Made by a program: the position numbers and the translations under genes
The notes under the pieces: model-generated
What the model saw: only the letters and a program-made list of their open reading frames with translations
Told to the model about the DNA's origin: nothing
The model's database searches: none
Shown here: positions 1 through 9,287 of the stretch, piece by piece
Numbering within the stretch: the stretch's first letter is position 1
Layout of the letters: each line of letters opens with the position of its first letter
Assembly (NCBI GenBank): GCA_934090735.1
Contig: CAKOJR010000002.1
Coordinates: 138,788-202,787, forward strand
DNA length: 64,000 bases
Origin: an uncultured Bacilli bacterium
GTDB taxonomy: Bacteria > Bacillota_I > Bacilli_A > RF39 > UBA660
Direction of reading: 5' to 3'

Positions 1-905
1 CTTGTTTATTAATCTTAGCATTATAAATTGCATCTATTACAGCCTCTTTAACAATCTCAATACCATATAGTTTATCTTTCTTAAGCGGTATTCCTAAAGT
101 ACCAACACCACAATAAAGATCTGCAACCACCCCATAACTATTTTCTCTTAAAATATCTATAACCTTACCTAATATATCTAAATTAACTTGAAAGAAAGAA
201 TTAACATTAACTTTATAAAAATAATTATGAACTCTTTCAATAAAGAAATCTTCTCCATAAATAACTTTATTATTTAGGATAATACCAACTAACTTAACAC
301 TCTCTTTTATTTTAAGAATATCTATCTTAGCTTCATCACTAGTATCTATCTTAATAATAACTTCACCATTAAAATTAGAACGAATTAAAATATTACCTTC
401 TCTAAATCTCAAACAATCTTTTAACTTAAAAACACTTCTAATCGCATCACTAGCAAGTAAACAATCATCTATCTTTACAAACTCATGTGTCTCTTCCCTA
501 TAAAAACCAAACTCATAATCCTTGACTTTCAAACTTAACTTATTTCTATAACAAACATCCTTATCAGACATTACTTTTTTTACTTCTACTTTTAATCCTG
601 CTTTTCTCTTTAGAATATCCTCTAAAGCACTAGCCTTCATCTCACTCTCATCACTGTGACTCACATGCATATAAGCGCATCCCCCACAAATATTAAAATA
701 AGGACAAGCACTTTCTATTCTTTTATCATTTTTAGTTATTACATCTACAAGCTCACATTCATAAAAACTTTTCTTGTCATTAATTATTTTGACACTAACT
801 TCTTCACCTGGTAAGGCACCACAAACAAAGGCTACTTTACCATCAATGTAGCCTATACCTTTACCATCATAACTTAATCTATCTATCTTAATATTTGTAA
901 TCATA
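1..905 (-). CDS. 23S rRNA (uracil-5-)-methyltransferase, RumA/TrmA family; N-terminal ~300 codons, gene continues past window start
   Basis: Own minus-strand translation (absent from ORF track because it runs off the edge): MITNIKIDRLSYDGKGIGYIDGK (TRAM domain), CPYFNICGGCAYMH (Fe-S Cys cluster), VVADLYCGVGTLGIP (SAM-binding motif). ATG at 903-905 overlaps the rluB stop. Confidence 0.8.
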
Positions 906-1601
906 TAATTTCTTCACTTCTTTAATAGATAACTCTCTATAATCCCCACTCTTCATCTTAGAAACATCTAAAAATCCATAAGAAACTCTAGATAACTTAT
1001 CAACTAAATATCCCAACTCTTTAAATACCCTTTTAACAATATGATTACGTCCTTCAGTTATTGTAATTTCAACAATAGAATAGTCTTTGTCAGTATCATT
1101 CTTTTTAATTTTAATTCTAGTTGGTTTGCATAATACACCGTCAACCATAACACCTTTTTCTAAAGTTTTTAAATCATTAATAGCTAAGCATTTATTTAAT
1201 TTAGCTACATACTTTTTAGGTACTCCATTACTTGGGTGCATTAAAATGTTAGCAAGTTCTCCATCATTAGTTAAAATAATTAGACCTGTTGTATCATAGT
1301 CTAGTCTACCTACTGGGTAGATTCTTTTATTAGTGCTTATTAAGTCAGTTACAGTTACCCTATTATGCTCATCACTAACTGAGCAAATAACACTTCTAGG
1401 TTTATTAAGCAAAAAGTAAACATACTCCTCTTTTTCTAAATGCACTCCGTTAACAACAATATCATCATTACCACTAACTTTAGTACCAAGTTCTGTAACA
1501 ATCTTACCATTAACATAAACCTTTCCAGCTTTAATTAACTCTTCAGCCTTTCTTCTTGAAGTATAACCAGAAGCAGCAATAACTTTTTGTAAACGTTCCA
1601 T
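888..1601 (-). CDS. rluB: pseudouridine synthase, RsuA/RluB family
   Basis: S4 domain (RLQKVIAASGYTSRRKAEELI) plus catalytic core VGRLDYDTTGLIILTNDG. Start set at MERLQK (AGGTGA 5 nt upstream) rather than track start 1610. Confidence 0.85.
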   Translation of the reverse strand: MERLQKVIAASGYTSRRKAEELIKAGKVYVNGKIVTELGTKVSGNDDIVVNGVHLEKEEYVYFLLNKPRSVICSVSDEHNRVTVTDLISTNKRIYPVGRLDYDTTGLIILTNDGELANILMHPSNGVPKKYVAKLNKCLAINDLKTLEKGVMVDGVLCKPTRIKIKKNDTDKDYSIVEITITEGRNHIVKRVFKELGYLVDKLSRVSYGFLDVSKMKSGDYRELSIKEVKKLYDYKY

Positions 1602-1624
1602 ATACATCACCTATAGTTATTTTA

Positions 1625-2149
1625 TCATAAACCAAAGAATAAATATACTAAAATAAATGATGCGATAATACCAATTAGATCAGCAAATAGACCAGCTTTT
1701 AGAGCATATCTACTTTTAGTAATGCCAACACTTCCAAAGTATAGAGCGATAACGTATAGGGTTGTATCACTGGAGCCTTGAATAATACTAGCTAGATAAC
1801 CCATTATACTGTCTGGACCATATTTTTCAAATATGTTTGCCATTATTCCCAAGGTAGATGTGCCACTGATGCTTCTTAAAAAACACATAGGAAGAATTTC
1901 ACTAGTTAGTCCCATTTTAGTTAGAACTGGGCTTAAAAAAGATATGGCGTCACTTATGAAGCCGCTTTTAATAAAGATATTAACAGCAAAGATCATTGCA
2001 AAAATATTAGGAGCTATTTTAAAAGTCATGATAAGGCCTTCTTTAGCACCATCAATAAATTTATCATAGATATTAACATGTTTTATAAATGCTGTGATTA
2101 TTATTGATAAGACGATAAGTGGTATAATGATAAGACTAATGGTTTCCAT
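1625..2149 (-). CDS. spmB: spore maturation protein B (nucleoside-recognition type membrane protein)
   Basis: 174 aa, multi-TM. Overlaps spmA by 14 nt. Order dacB-spmA-spmB as in Bacillus. Confidence 0.7.
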   Translation of the reverse strand: METISLIIIPLIVLSIIITAFIKHVNIYDKFIDGAKEGLIMTFKIAPNIFAMIFAVNIFIKSGFISDAISFLSPVLTKMGLTSEILPMCFLRSISGTSTLGIMANIFEKYGPDSIMGYLASIIQGSSDTTLYVIALYFGSVGITKSRYALKAGLFADLIGIIASFILVYLFFGL

Positions 2150-2720
2150 GTTTTCTCCTTATGATGTAGTCTAGAGTAAGCCCGCCAATTGTAGAGCATG
2201 TAGTAGCAATGATGCAGTATGGTAATACTACTGATGGATTAATACTTCCATAGAAGAGTCTTAATGATATTATGGTTGTTGGCACAATAGTTACTCCACT
2301 AGTGTTTAATACTAAAAAGGTTATCATGGCTTCACTGGCAGTTTTTTTATCTTTATTTAATTTTTGAAGGCTTTCCATAGCTTTTAGACCAAATGGAGTT
2401 GCAGCGCTACCTAAGCCAGCCATATTTGCAGCTATGTTACTTGCAATAAAACCAAGTGATTCATCACCATCTGGAACGCTAGGAAATATTTTTTTTAAAA
2501 TTGGCGTCATTATTTTGGATATCCAGGAAATAATACCTGCTTCTTCAGCTATTTTCATAAGTCCCATCCAAATTACTAGAAGTGGTAACATAGAGATAAT
2601 TAAATCTAAAGCACTTTTACCACTTAATAAAACCTCATTATTGATGGTGCTAAAGTCTTTATTAATAAAACTATAGATTATACCAACAATTATAAATATT
2701 CCCCAAATAATGTTTACCAT
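2136..2720 (-). CDS. spmA: spore maturation protein A
   Basis: 194 aa, multi-TM. Start overlaps dacB stop. Operon context with dacB and spmB. Confidence 0.7.
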   Translation of the reverse strand: MVNIIWGIFIIVGIIYSFINKDFSTINNEVLLSGKSALDLIISMLPLLVIWMGLMKIAEEAGIISWISKIMTPILKKIFPSVPDGDESLGFIASNIAANMAGLGSAATPFGLKAMESLQKLNKDKKTASEAMITFLVLNTSGVTIVPTTIISLRLFYGSINPSVVLPYCIIATTCSTIGGLTLDYIIRRKHGNH

Positions 2721-3772
2721 AACTCTTTTAACCTTTTAATAAGTCTTTGCCAGAAGTTAAGTTTAACTACTTCTTTTTGAGGTTTATCTTTAATATAAAT
2801 GTCTTCACTAAAATACTCTTTACCATCTAAACTAACACTAATTTTACCAATTACTTTAGAAGCACTGTTATCATAATAACTTATTTCTTTTTTGATACGT
2901 TTATATTCATCTTTAGTTAAACTCATTTTAAATGATTTATCTACATAACTATTATCGTATTTGGTTTCAAGATAACCTTCACTTACTAAATCATACTCAT
3001 TTAACACGTTAAAATATTTTTCGTATAAATCTTTATGATCTCCAAAGTCATTTCCATCATTAAATGTTACTACTGTTAGATTAACTCCCTCTTTACTTGC
3101 ATTAGTAACCAGGGTTCTTCTGGCTCTTTCGGTAAAACCGGTTTTACCACCAATACAATATTTATAACTAGATAATAATTTATTTTTATTATGCCACACA
3201 TAGGTTTTTAAATCGGTTTTAACAGTGATGTCTTTTGTACCAACTATTTTTTTATATAATGAGTTATTAATTGCATAACTAGAAAGTAATGCCATATCAT
3301 AGACTGTACTTGTATTTGCATTATCTCCATCTTCTAGTCCTGAACTATTTACAAAATTAGTATTATTCATGCCTAAATCTTTTGCTTTATTATTCATTAG
3401 AAAAGCAAAGCCTTCCATTGATCCAGCAACATGATAAGCAAGAGCTATTGCTGCGTCATTACCACTTCTAAGCATAAGACCATATAGTAAGTCTTGGACA
3501 CTTATCTTTTCACCAACACTAACATAAATACCACTACCAAAACTCTTAAGTACCTCTTCACCTATCGTAATATTCTTATTAACATTAGAAGTTTCAATAA
3601 CAACCGTACTAGTCATTATTTTAGTAATAGAAGCTATTAAACTTTTTTTATTAATATTACTACCTTCTAGAACCCTATTATTATCACTATCCATAACAAT
3701 ATAAGAACTAGCACTAATTGCTTTAACATTTAATGGAATAACTACAATTAAAAGTAATATTATCTTTTTCAT
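2714..3772 (-). CDS. dacB: D-alanyl-D-alanine carboxypeptidase (S11, PBP5*-like)
   Basis: SxxK (SITK), SxN (SGND) and KTG (KTGFT) motifs. Canonical signal peptide MKKIILLLIVVIPLNVKA if start is ATG 3770-3772 (track start 3814 adds 14 aa). Confidence 0.85.
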   Translation of the reverse strand: MKKIILLLIVVIPLNVKAISASSYIVMDSDNNRVLEGSNINKKSLIASITKIMTSTVVIETSNVNKNITIGEEVLKSFGSGIYVSVGEKISVQDLLYGLMLRSGNDAAIALAYHVAGSMEGFAFLMNNKAKDLGMNNTNFVNSSGLEDGDNANTSTVYDMALLSSYAINNSLYKKIVGTKDITVKTDLKTYVWHNKNKLLSSYKYCIGGKTGFTERARRTLVTNASKEGVNLTVVTFNDGNDFGDHKDLYEKYFNVLNEYDLVSEGYLETKYDNSYVDKSFKMSLTKDEYKRIKKEISYYDNSASKVIGKISVSLDGKEYFSEDIYIKDKPQKEVVKLNFWQRLIKRLKELW

Positions 3773-3818
3773 AATAAAAATATATTCCATAAAAAAAGAT
3801 GTATGACTAAACATACAC

Positions 3819-5741
3819 CTATTTTACAACGTATGGATCTTCTGAGGTGCCAGAACCACCAGAAATTGTGGTTTCTGAAGTAAGAGCTATAGCAGGTCTT
3901 AATTTGGAACCACTTAAAACATGGGTTTCGCCCGCACTACTAGCAAATACACAATACATTTGCGGGTTTCCAGTAGTGCTATCAATTGGATAATAATTAT
4001 ATGGTGATAACAACCACCAGTAGTCAGAGCCCAATATAGTATTTTCTGTTATGTATGATGAAGAGCTAGGGAATCCTGCAAATATAACCTCATCTGCAGT
4101 TAATAGCCCGATTTTATAAGTTAAACTACCATTTCCATTTAATGTATCACTTACTGTAAACTTGGATAATTTACCTCCATTATTATCATTAGGACATATT
4201 AAACTTGGATTAGCATTTGAGTTATACACGCCATTGAGTCTATTCCAGGTTCCATATCCAGTTTCATTTGTTCCATAACCCAATCCAGTACCAAAAGATG
4301 AACCATCAGTTAACGTGCTAAATGTACTTTTATCATTGCACCATATTACATCTGCAATTTTATCATTATAAGACAATAAGTGTTTTTTATACCAAGTTTC
4401 TAACATTGTTAAGGCATTGCTTTTATTGATATTTGCATGTGTATCTGAATAATTACTAGAGCCAGCAGTTCCATACATAAAACCTATATAAGCATTATCA
4501 TTACTTAAATTATTAGCTGCAAACGATACTATACCATACTCAGAAAAAGCCTGATCACTACTATTATCTGTGTTTTGGCAGGGGTTAGCCAAACTTTTCA
4601 TATTATTATTATATAATATTAATTTTATCGAACCATCTCCGGTTATTCTTACTATACGCCAGCATTTATTAGCAAATTCTACATAATTATTTTTTACTGT
4701 TCCTCTAAAATAGTAAGATGTACCATAATCATCCTCTGTACTTGCCAATACTGCTTCACTGATATTTTTATTTGAAGCTAATTCTTTATACATTAGATTA
4801 TCGGAAGTTGCATCTACTACGTAATAAATGCTTTTTTTATTATTTGTATTTAATATGGTACCGGCAGTAGTAGAACCAATAGTACTACTATATATACCAA
4901 CCAAATATTTTCCAATTAATGATGAATAAGAGTTTGCATAAGTATCGTTTGTTACTTTAACTCCAGTAAGATTAAATAATGTGCCGTTTGCTTCCCAGCC
5001 GTCCCCATAAGTAACATAATAATTTTTTGAAGATGACATATCTACGCTTTGCACTTGTAAATCCTCTAATGTATGATAATTACCTTCTTTTCCCGGTATT
5101 GTAAGAGGTTCAACTACTTCATTATCAGCTAGTATTGCTTCGTTTAGTGTAATTCCATCAGAAGCTTCTCCAATAACTACTATCTTACCTTCCCATGATT
5201 TACCTAATCCTTGTTCTAATGTAACATTTTCATCCATCCATAATCTTAAATCATAACTTTTTTCTTCATTTGCTTGTAAGCCTGTATTGATAATAATATA
5301 ACCTTTTCTGTTGTTGTCTAGTTCTGTTAGTTTTTTACTACCTAGAATAATAGACTGTCCACTAGTGGTTCCTTTAGGAGAGATATTAACTTTGATATAG
5401 TTATCGTCCAAATAAGTTGTTCCTAGATTACCTCTGTGTTCACTATCTATTGTAATATAGATTCTTATGTAGCTACTACAGTTATTTTTTAGTTTGAATG
5501 TAAATGGTGTTCCTTTTAAGCCTTCACTATCTACTATTGGATAAGCATTTTCTAAAACTACTCTTTCTGTTTCTTCGGTTAGAGTAGTGTTAAAGCATGT
5601 TCTGGATGCGACTGTATTGTTGTCTGTTTGTCTTAATACGAGTGTGAAGAAGGCATAACTTACGCCAATTATACATAATACAGTAACTAGAAGTGAATAA
5701 TATATTTTAATTTTCTTTTTATTTTTATCGTTATCATTCAT
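3819..5741 (-). CDS. large secreted protein: SipW/TasA-type signal + TasA-like N-domain + ~440-aa Asn/Gly/Ser/Thr-rich C-terminal module
   Basis: N-terminus KKKIKIYYSLLVTVLCIIGVSYAFFT matches the xxFAYFxA signal of the tasA-like genes at 54.6-55.9 kb. N-domain ends GKSWEGKIVVIGEA (TasA-like terminal strand). C-terminus GSGTSEDPYVVK resembles that of ORF 51751-52872. Confidence 0.55.
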   Translation of the reverse strand: MNDNDKNKKKIKIYYSLLVTVLCIIGVSYAFFTLVLRQTDNNTVASRTCFNTTLTEETERVVLENAYPIVDSEGLKGTPFTFKLKNNCSSYIRIYITIDSEHRGNLGTTYLDDNYIKVNISPKGTTSGQSIILGSKKLTELDNNRKGYIIINTGLQANEEKSYDLRLWMDENVTLEQGLGKSWEGKIVVIGEASDGITLNEAILADNEVVEPLTIPGKEGNYHTLEDLQVQSVDMSSSKNYYVTYGDGWEANGTLFNLTGVKVTNDTYANSYSSLIGKYLVGIYSSTIGSTTAGTILNTNNKKSIYYVVDATSDNLMYKELASNKNISEAVLASTEDDYGTSYYFRGTVKNNYVEFANKCWRIVRITGDGSIKLILYNNNMKSLANPCQNTDNSSDQAFSEYGIVSFAANNLSNDNAYIGFMYGTAGSSNYSDTHANINKSNALTMLETWYKKHLLSYNDKIADVIWCNDKSTFSTLTDGSSFGTGLGYGTNETGYGTWNRLNGVYNSNANPSLICPNDNNGGKLSKFTVSDTLNGNGSLTYKIGLLTADEVIFAGFPSSSSYITENTILGSDYWWLLSPYNYYPIDSTTGNPQMYCVFASSAGETHVLSGSKLRPAIALTSETTISGGSGTSEDPYVVK

Positions 5742-5832
5742 CTTATTACCCTACTTTCATAAAATTATTGTATCAAATTTTTGATAGTTTGTCTTTATTT
5801 TGATGATAATTCATAAATTTTTTTGTTAATTT

Positions 5833-5859
5833 AAAAAAGATAACTTTGATTGTTATCTT
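5833..5859 (-). terminator. rho-independent terminator after murE
   Basis: Minus strand AAGATAAC-AATCAAA-GTTATCTT (8-bp stem) followed by TTTT. Overlaps the murE stop. Confidence 0.6.
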
Positions 5860-7240
5860 ATAAAGTAGCTTGTTTAGTTTGATTTAGTTTTTGAATGTAA
5901 GCATCTACTTCTTCTTTGTCACTAAAGTGATGTTTTTCTCTACCAATTATTTGGTAGTCTTCATGACCTTTTCCTAGTATTAATAAAGTATCACCTGGTT
6001 TAATCATATTTAGTCCAGATATGATAGCTTTTCTTCTATCTGGCTCTACTATGAAGTTATCTTCGTTTACTCCTTTAAGGATATCTTTTAGGATATCTAG
6101 TTCATTTTCTTCTCTTGGGTTATCGTCTGTGAAGATGACAAAGTCTGATAAGTTAGATGCTATGTTACCCATGATTGGTCTTTTTAGTGGGTCTCTATTA
6201 CCACCACAACCTACTATAGTAATTATTCTTCCAGTAGTTACTTCTCTATTTGATGAGATAATTTTTTCAACTGCATCCGGTGTATGGGCATAGTCTATGA
6301 TAGCTCTTGCACCATTAATACCAATTACTTCATTTCTTCCTTTTGGTGGTTTTAATTTTGATGCACAGTTTATTACTTCTTTTGGATCAAAACCTAGTGA
6401 TGTTACAAGTCCTAGAGAAGTTAGATAATTGTAAATATTAAATTCACATAAGAGGTTTATTCTTGTACCAAACTGTCTATTAAAGTATTTAAACCATAGT
6501 TTTGTTCCGGTTGCATCCGGTTCATAATCTAGGAATGATATATCACCTGTTTTACCTATTTTGATAGTACTATTTGTTTCAAAATCTTGGGCGTGAGGAT
6601 CATCATTATTTACAATCATTTTAGCATTAGGTTTTAAATGGGTTAGAATTTTTTGTTTTGCTTTTAAGTATTCTTCCATTGTTTTATGGTAGTCTAAATG
6701 ATCTTCAGTTAGGTTTGTAAATGCAGCTGCATCAAAGTTTATACCTTCAATTCTGCCAAGAGATAAGGCATGACTGCTTACTTCCATGACTATGTATTTT
6801 ACGCCTTGTTCTTTAGCTTCATATATCAAATTATATAAAGATAGTACGTCTGGTGTTGTATTTGGTAATTCTTTTACTAGTTTACCATTTATATAGAAAC
6901 CGACTGTACCAATGTAGGCTGATGACTCTCCTAGTTCATTTAGAGTTTCACTTGTGAGTAGTGCTGTTGTTGTTTTACCATTAGTTCCAGTTATACCAAT
7001 AAATTTAAGATCATTAAAGTCTTTGGCATATTCTTCTTTTAAGTGTTCTTTTAAATATTCTGTTGTATCTGGAACTATTAATGTTGGAACTCTATATTCT
7101 CCATGCTCTGCAATAATGAATCTAGCTCCTTTTTTTATTGCTTCTTCAATATATTTATGGCCATCTACTGTATTTCCTTTTATAGCAACAAATGTGTCAC
7201 CCGGCTCTACTAGTTTTGAATTTGTTTTAATTTTTAACAT
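5858..7240 (-). CDS. murE: UDP-N-acetylmuramoyl-L-alanyl-D-glutamate--2,6-diaminopimelate ligase
   Basis: GITGTNGKTTT P-loop, Mur ligase architecture, DNPR motif (FTDDNPREE) typical of meso-DAP-adding MurE. AGGAGG 8 nt upstream of ATG. Confidence 0.9.
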   Translation of the reverse strand: MLKIKTNSKLVEPGDTFVAIKGNTVDGHKYIEEAIKKGARFIIAEHGEYRVPTLIVPDTTEYLKEHLKEEYAKDFNDLKFIGITGTNGKTTTALLTSETLNELGESSAYIGTVGFYINGKLVKELPNTTPDVLSLYNLIYEAKEQGVKYIVMEVSSHALSLGRIEGINFDAAAFTNLTEDHLDYHKTMEEYLKAKQKILTHLKPNAKMIVNNDDPHAQDFETNSTIKIGKTGDISFLDYEPDATGTKLWFKYFNRQFGTRINLLCEFNIYNYLTSLGLVTSLGFDPKEVINCASKLKPPKGRNEVIGINGARAIIDYAHTPDAVEKIISSNREVTTGRIITIVGCGGNRDPLKRPIMGNIASNLSDFVIFTDDNPREENELDILKDILKGVNEDNFIVEPDRRKAIISGLNMIKPGDTLLILGKGHEDYQIIGREKHHFSDKEEVDAYIQKLNQTKQATL

Positions 7241-7317
7241 AATTTTTGCCTCCTAGATAATTATACGTCTTTTAAGGTTTTATGTGTTTTTGATTATTCC
7301 ACACGTGGAAAAAAGAG

Positions 7318-7533
7318 TTAGTCGGTAACTCTTGTAACGTTGTATCCATATGCTTCTAGGATAGCAGTAACTCTTTTACTTTTTACTCCTTTGGCACAGT
7401 ATATGTAGTATTTTTTCTTTTTATCAAAGTATTTTTGATGATTTAGTATTAAGTTTTCGTATGCGCCTTGATATTTTTCTAAATTAATTAATGTGCCACC
7501 TTTAGGAATATCTTTTATATTAATAGTTTTCAT
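7318..7533 (-). CDS. small single-domain rhodanese-like protein
   Basis: 71 aa. Active-site loop YCAKGVKSKR (Cys loop) near the C-terminus. Shorter than typical rhodanese domains. Confidence 0.55.
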   Translation of the reverse strand: MKTINIKDIPKGGTLINLEKYQGAYENLILNHQKYFDKKKKYYIYCAKGVKSKRVTAILEAYGYNVTRVTD

Positions 7534-7566
7534 ATTTTATTGTATGATTATTATTTTTAAGTGTAT

Positions 7567-7591
7567 AAAAAAAGAGCCTAGGTTATAGGCT
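7567..7591 (-). terminator. rho-independent terminator after paralogue A
   Basis: Minus strand AGCCTA-TAACC-TAGGCT followed by CTTTTTTT. Stem overlaps the stop codon. Nearly the same hairpin recurs at 9264-9286. Confidence 0.5.
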
Positions 7592-8336
7592 ACCATGGTG
7601 TATTACAAAGTGGATAGTATAAATTATCACTTTTTACTTGTTCGATTTTACCATCTTTAAATGTATATTTGTTTTCTGTAACAATCTCTGATTTATTTAT
7701 GTCTTTTGGTAATACTAGTTCTGATACATAATCATCAACAACATCAATGGTTTTTCTATCTAAACATTGCATATTTTCAGTTTGTTTTTGATAAGTTTCA
7801 TAAGTTACTACACCATAATCAAGATTAAATCCTAAATCTTTAAGATTTTTAAATTCTTTAGTTGTTTTATTTTCACTAACTGCAAGATTGTTTAAATATG
7901 GTACATTGAATAAGTAATAATTATAGTTGTTATCGGAAGTTATCTTTTTTATATTAAATACATTTTGATCATTATTTTCTGCAATGTCATTTAAATAAAC
8001 TTCACATTCTTGTCCAGTATTTATTAGGAATACTTCGTTTCCTCCAACTCTGTCTCTGTACAAATCTAGATTATATGTATATATTGATTTATTATTTACG
8101 AGATAATCAATTTTATTATTTTTTTCTCCATTTTCTATTTTATAGATTGCTATTCTATATTCATTATTATCAAAAGTTTTTGATGTTGTGCATAGCTTAG
8201 TTTCTTTCACTTCTTTTTGCGTATTGTTATTTGTATCATTTTTATTAAAACTAATTACGTCTGTTACGCATAAAATACCAAATATACATGCACATATTAT
8301 AAGTGTAACAATTGCTCCAAATATATTTTTTTTCAT
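7590..8336 (-). CDS. N-terminally anchored protein, tandem paralogue A (C-terminus CNTPW)
   Basis: 248 aa. Signal-anchor MKKNIFGAIVTLIICACIFGILCV. Same length as, and colinear with, ORF 8422-9168. Confidence 0.6.
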   Translation of the reverse strand: MKKNIFGAIVTLIICACIFGILCVTDVISFNKNDTNNNTQKEVKETKLCTTSKTFDNNEYRIAIYKIENGEKNNKIDYLVNNKSIYTYNLDLYRDRVGGNEVFLINTGQECEVYLNDIAENNDQNVFNIKKITSDNNYNYYLFNVPYLNNLAVSENKTTKEFKNLKDLGFNLDYGVVTYETYQKQTENMQCLDRKTIDVVDDYVSELVLPKDINKSEIVTENKYTFKDGKIEQVKSDNLYYPLCNTPW

Positions 8337-8356
8337 TAATTCTCTTCCTTCTTTCT
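8221..8356. repeat. 136-nt near-identical tract (5' leader + first 39 codons), copy A
   Basis: Hand alignment with 9053-9188 gives 2 mismatches in 136 nt. The rest of the two genes is much more diverged. Spacing 832 nt. Confidence 0.9.
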
Positions 8357-8421
8357 CAAAATTACTTTTCTATTCGCTTAAAAAAATTTTATAAAAATGA
8401 AATGATTAAAAAATATGTCTA

Positions 8422-9168
8422 TTACCATGGCGTGTTACATACTACAACATATTTTTGATTGCTTTTTACTTTTTCAATATTACCATCTTTAAATGTATAT
8501 TTTTCTTCATTAGTAGTCCATGCTTCTTTTTCACCCTCTGTAGTAGTGATTTTACTTGAATTAGTATTTATTACTAATTCTGATATATAATTATCTACTA
8601 CGTCAATAATATTTCTGTCTAAACATTCATTTACGTTCGGATTAGATTGAAATGTTTCGTATTTTACTACACCATATAAGTATTCATATTTTCCAAGGTC
8701 TTTTAAAGATTTGAATTCTTTTGTTTTCAAGTTTTCACTGACTGCTAAATTTGTAATAGAATTTACTGAATATAAATAATAATTATAATTATCATCAGCG
8801 GTTACTTTTTTTATATTAATTAAATCTGAACTATTTGAAAAGTATTTTTCACATTCATCTTTAGAATTCATAAGTGCTTCGTCGCTAATATAATAATCTA
8901 AAATTGTATTATAAATTGATTTACCATTAACTAACAAATCAATTTTATTATTTTTTTCTCCATTTACTAGTTTGTAAAAAGTTAGTTTATATTCTTTACC
9001 ATCTATTGTTTTAGCCTTTTCACATAATTTTGTTTCTTTAACTTCATTTTGTGTATTGTTATTTGTATCATTTTTATTAAAACTAATTACGTCTGTTACG
9101 CATAAAATACCAAATATACATGCACATACTACAAGTGTAACAATTGCTCCAAATATATTTTTTTTCAT
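8422..9168 (-). CDS. N-terminally anchored protein, tandem paralogue B (C-terminus CNTPW)
   Basis: 248 aa. The N-terminal 40 aa differ from paralogue A at only 2 positions. Shared blocks KNNKID, NLAVSEN, CLDR..IDVVD.Y.SELV, EKYTFKDG.IE.VKS. Confidence 0.6.
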   Translation of the reverse strand: MKKNIFGAIVTLVVCACIFGILCVTDVISFNKNDTNNNTQNEVKETKLCEKAKTIDGKEYKLTFYKLVNGEKNNKIDLLVNGKSIYNTILDYYISDEALMNSKDECEKYFSNSSDLINIKKVTADDNYNYYLYSVNSITNLAVSENLKTKEFKSLKDLGKYEYLYGVVKYETFQSNPNVNECLDRNIIDVVDNYISELVINTNSSKITTTEGEKEAWTTNEEKYTFKDGNIEKVKSNQKYVVVCNTPW

Positions 9169-9188
9169 TAATTCTCTTCCTTCTTTCT
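9053..9188. repeat. 136-nt near-identical tract, copy B
   Basis: See 8221-8356. Confidence 0.9.
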
Positions 9189-9263
9189 GCGCTTATTTTA
9201 ACATGAAATTATTTTATTTGTAGTTTATTTTATTAAATCTAGAAAACTATACATTAACTTTAC

Positions 9264-9286
9264 AAAAAAGAGCCTAGATTTAGGCT
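9264..9286 (-). terminator. rho-independent terminator after the T4CP gene (end of T4SS core operon)
   Basis: Minus strand AGCCTA-AATC-TAGGCT followed by CTTTTTTG, 2 nt after the stop at 9288. Confidence 0.55.
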
Positions 9287-9287
9287 T

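Noticed and set aside
7241-7317. Palindrome TTCCACACGTGGAA upstream of murE as a terminator or operator
   Set aside because: The loop is too short for a stable hairpin and no T-tract follows on the minus strand. It is a single occurrence, so no regulator can be inferred.
9169-9287. Search for att-like direct repeats or an integrase at the island edges (compared with 32354-32565)
   Set aside because: I found no shared repeat of convincing length by eye, and no tRNA or recombinase gene at either edge. Only a computational repeat search could settle it, so the island is not called an ICE.
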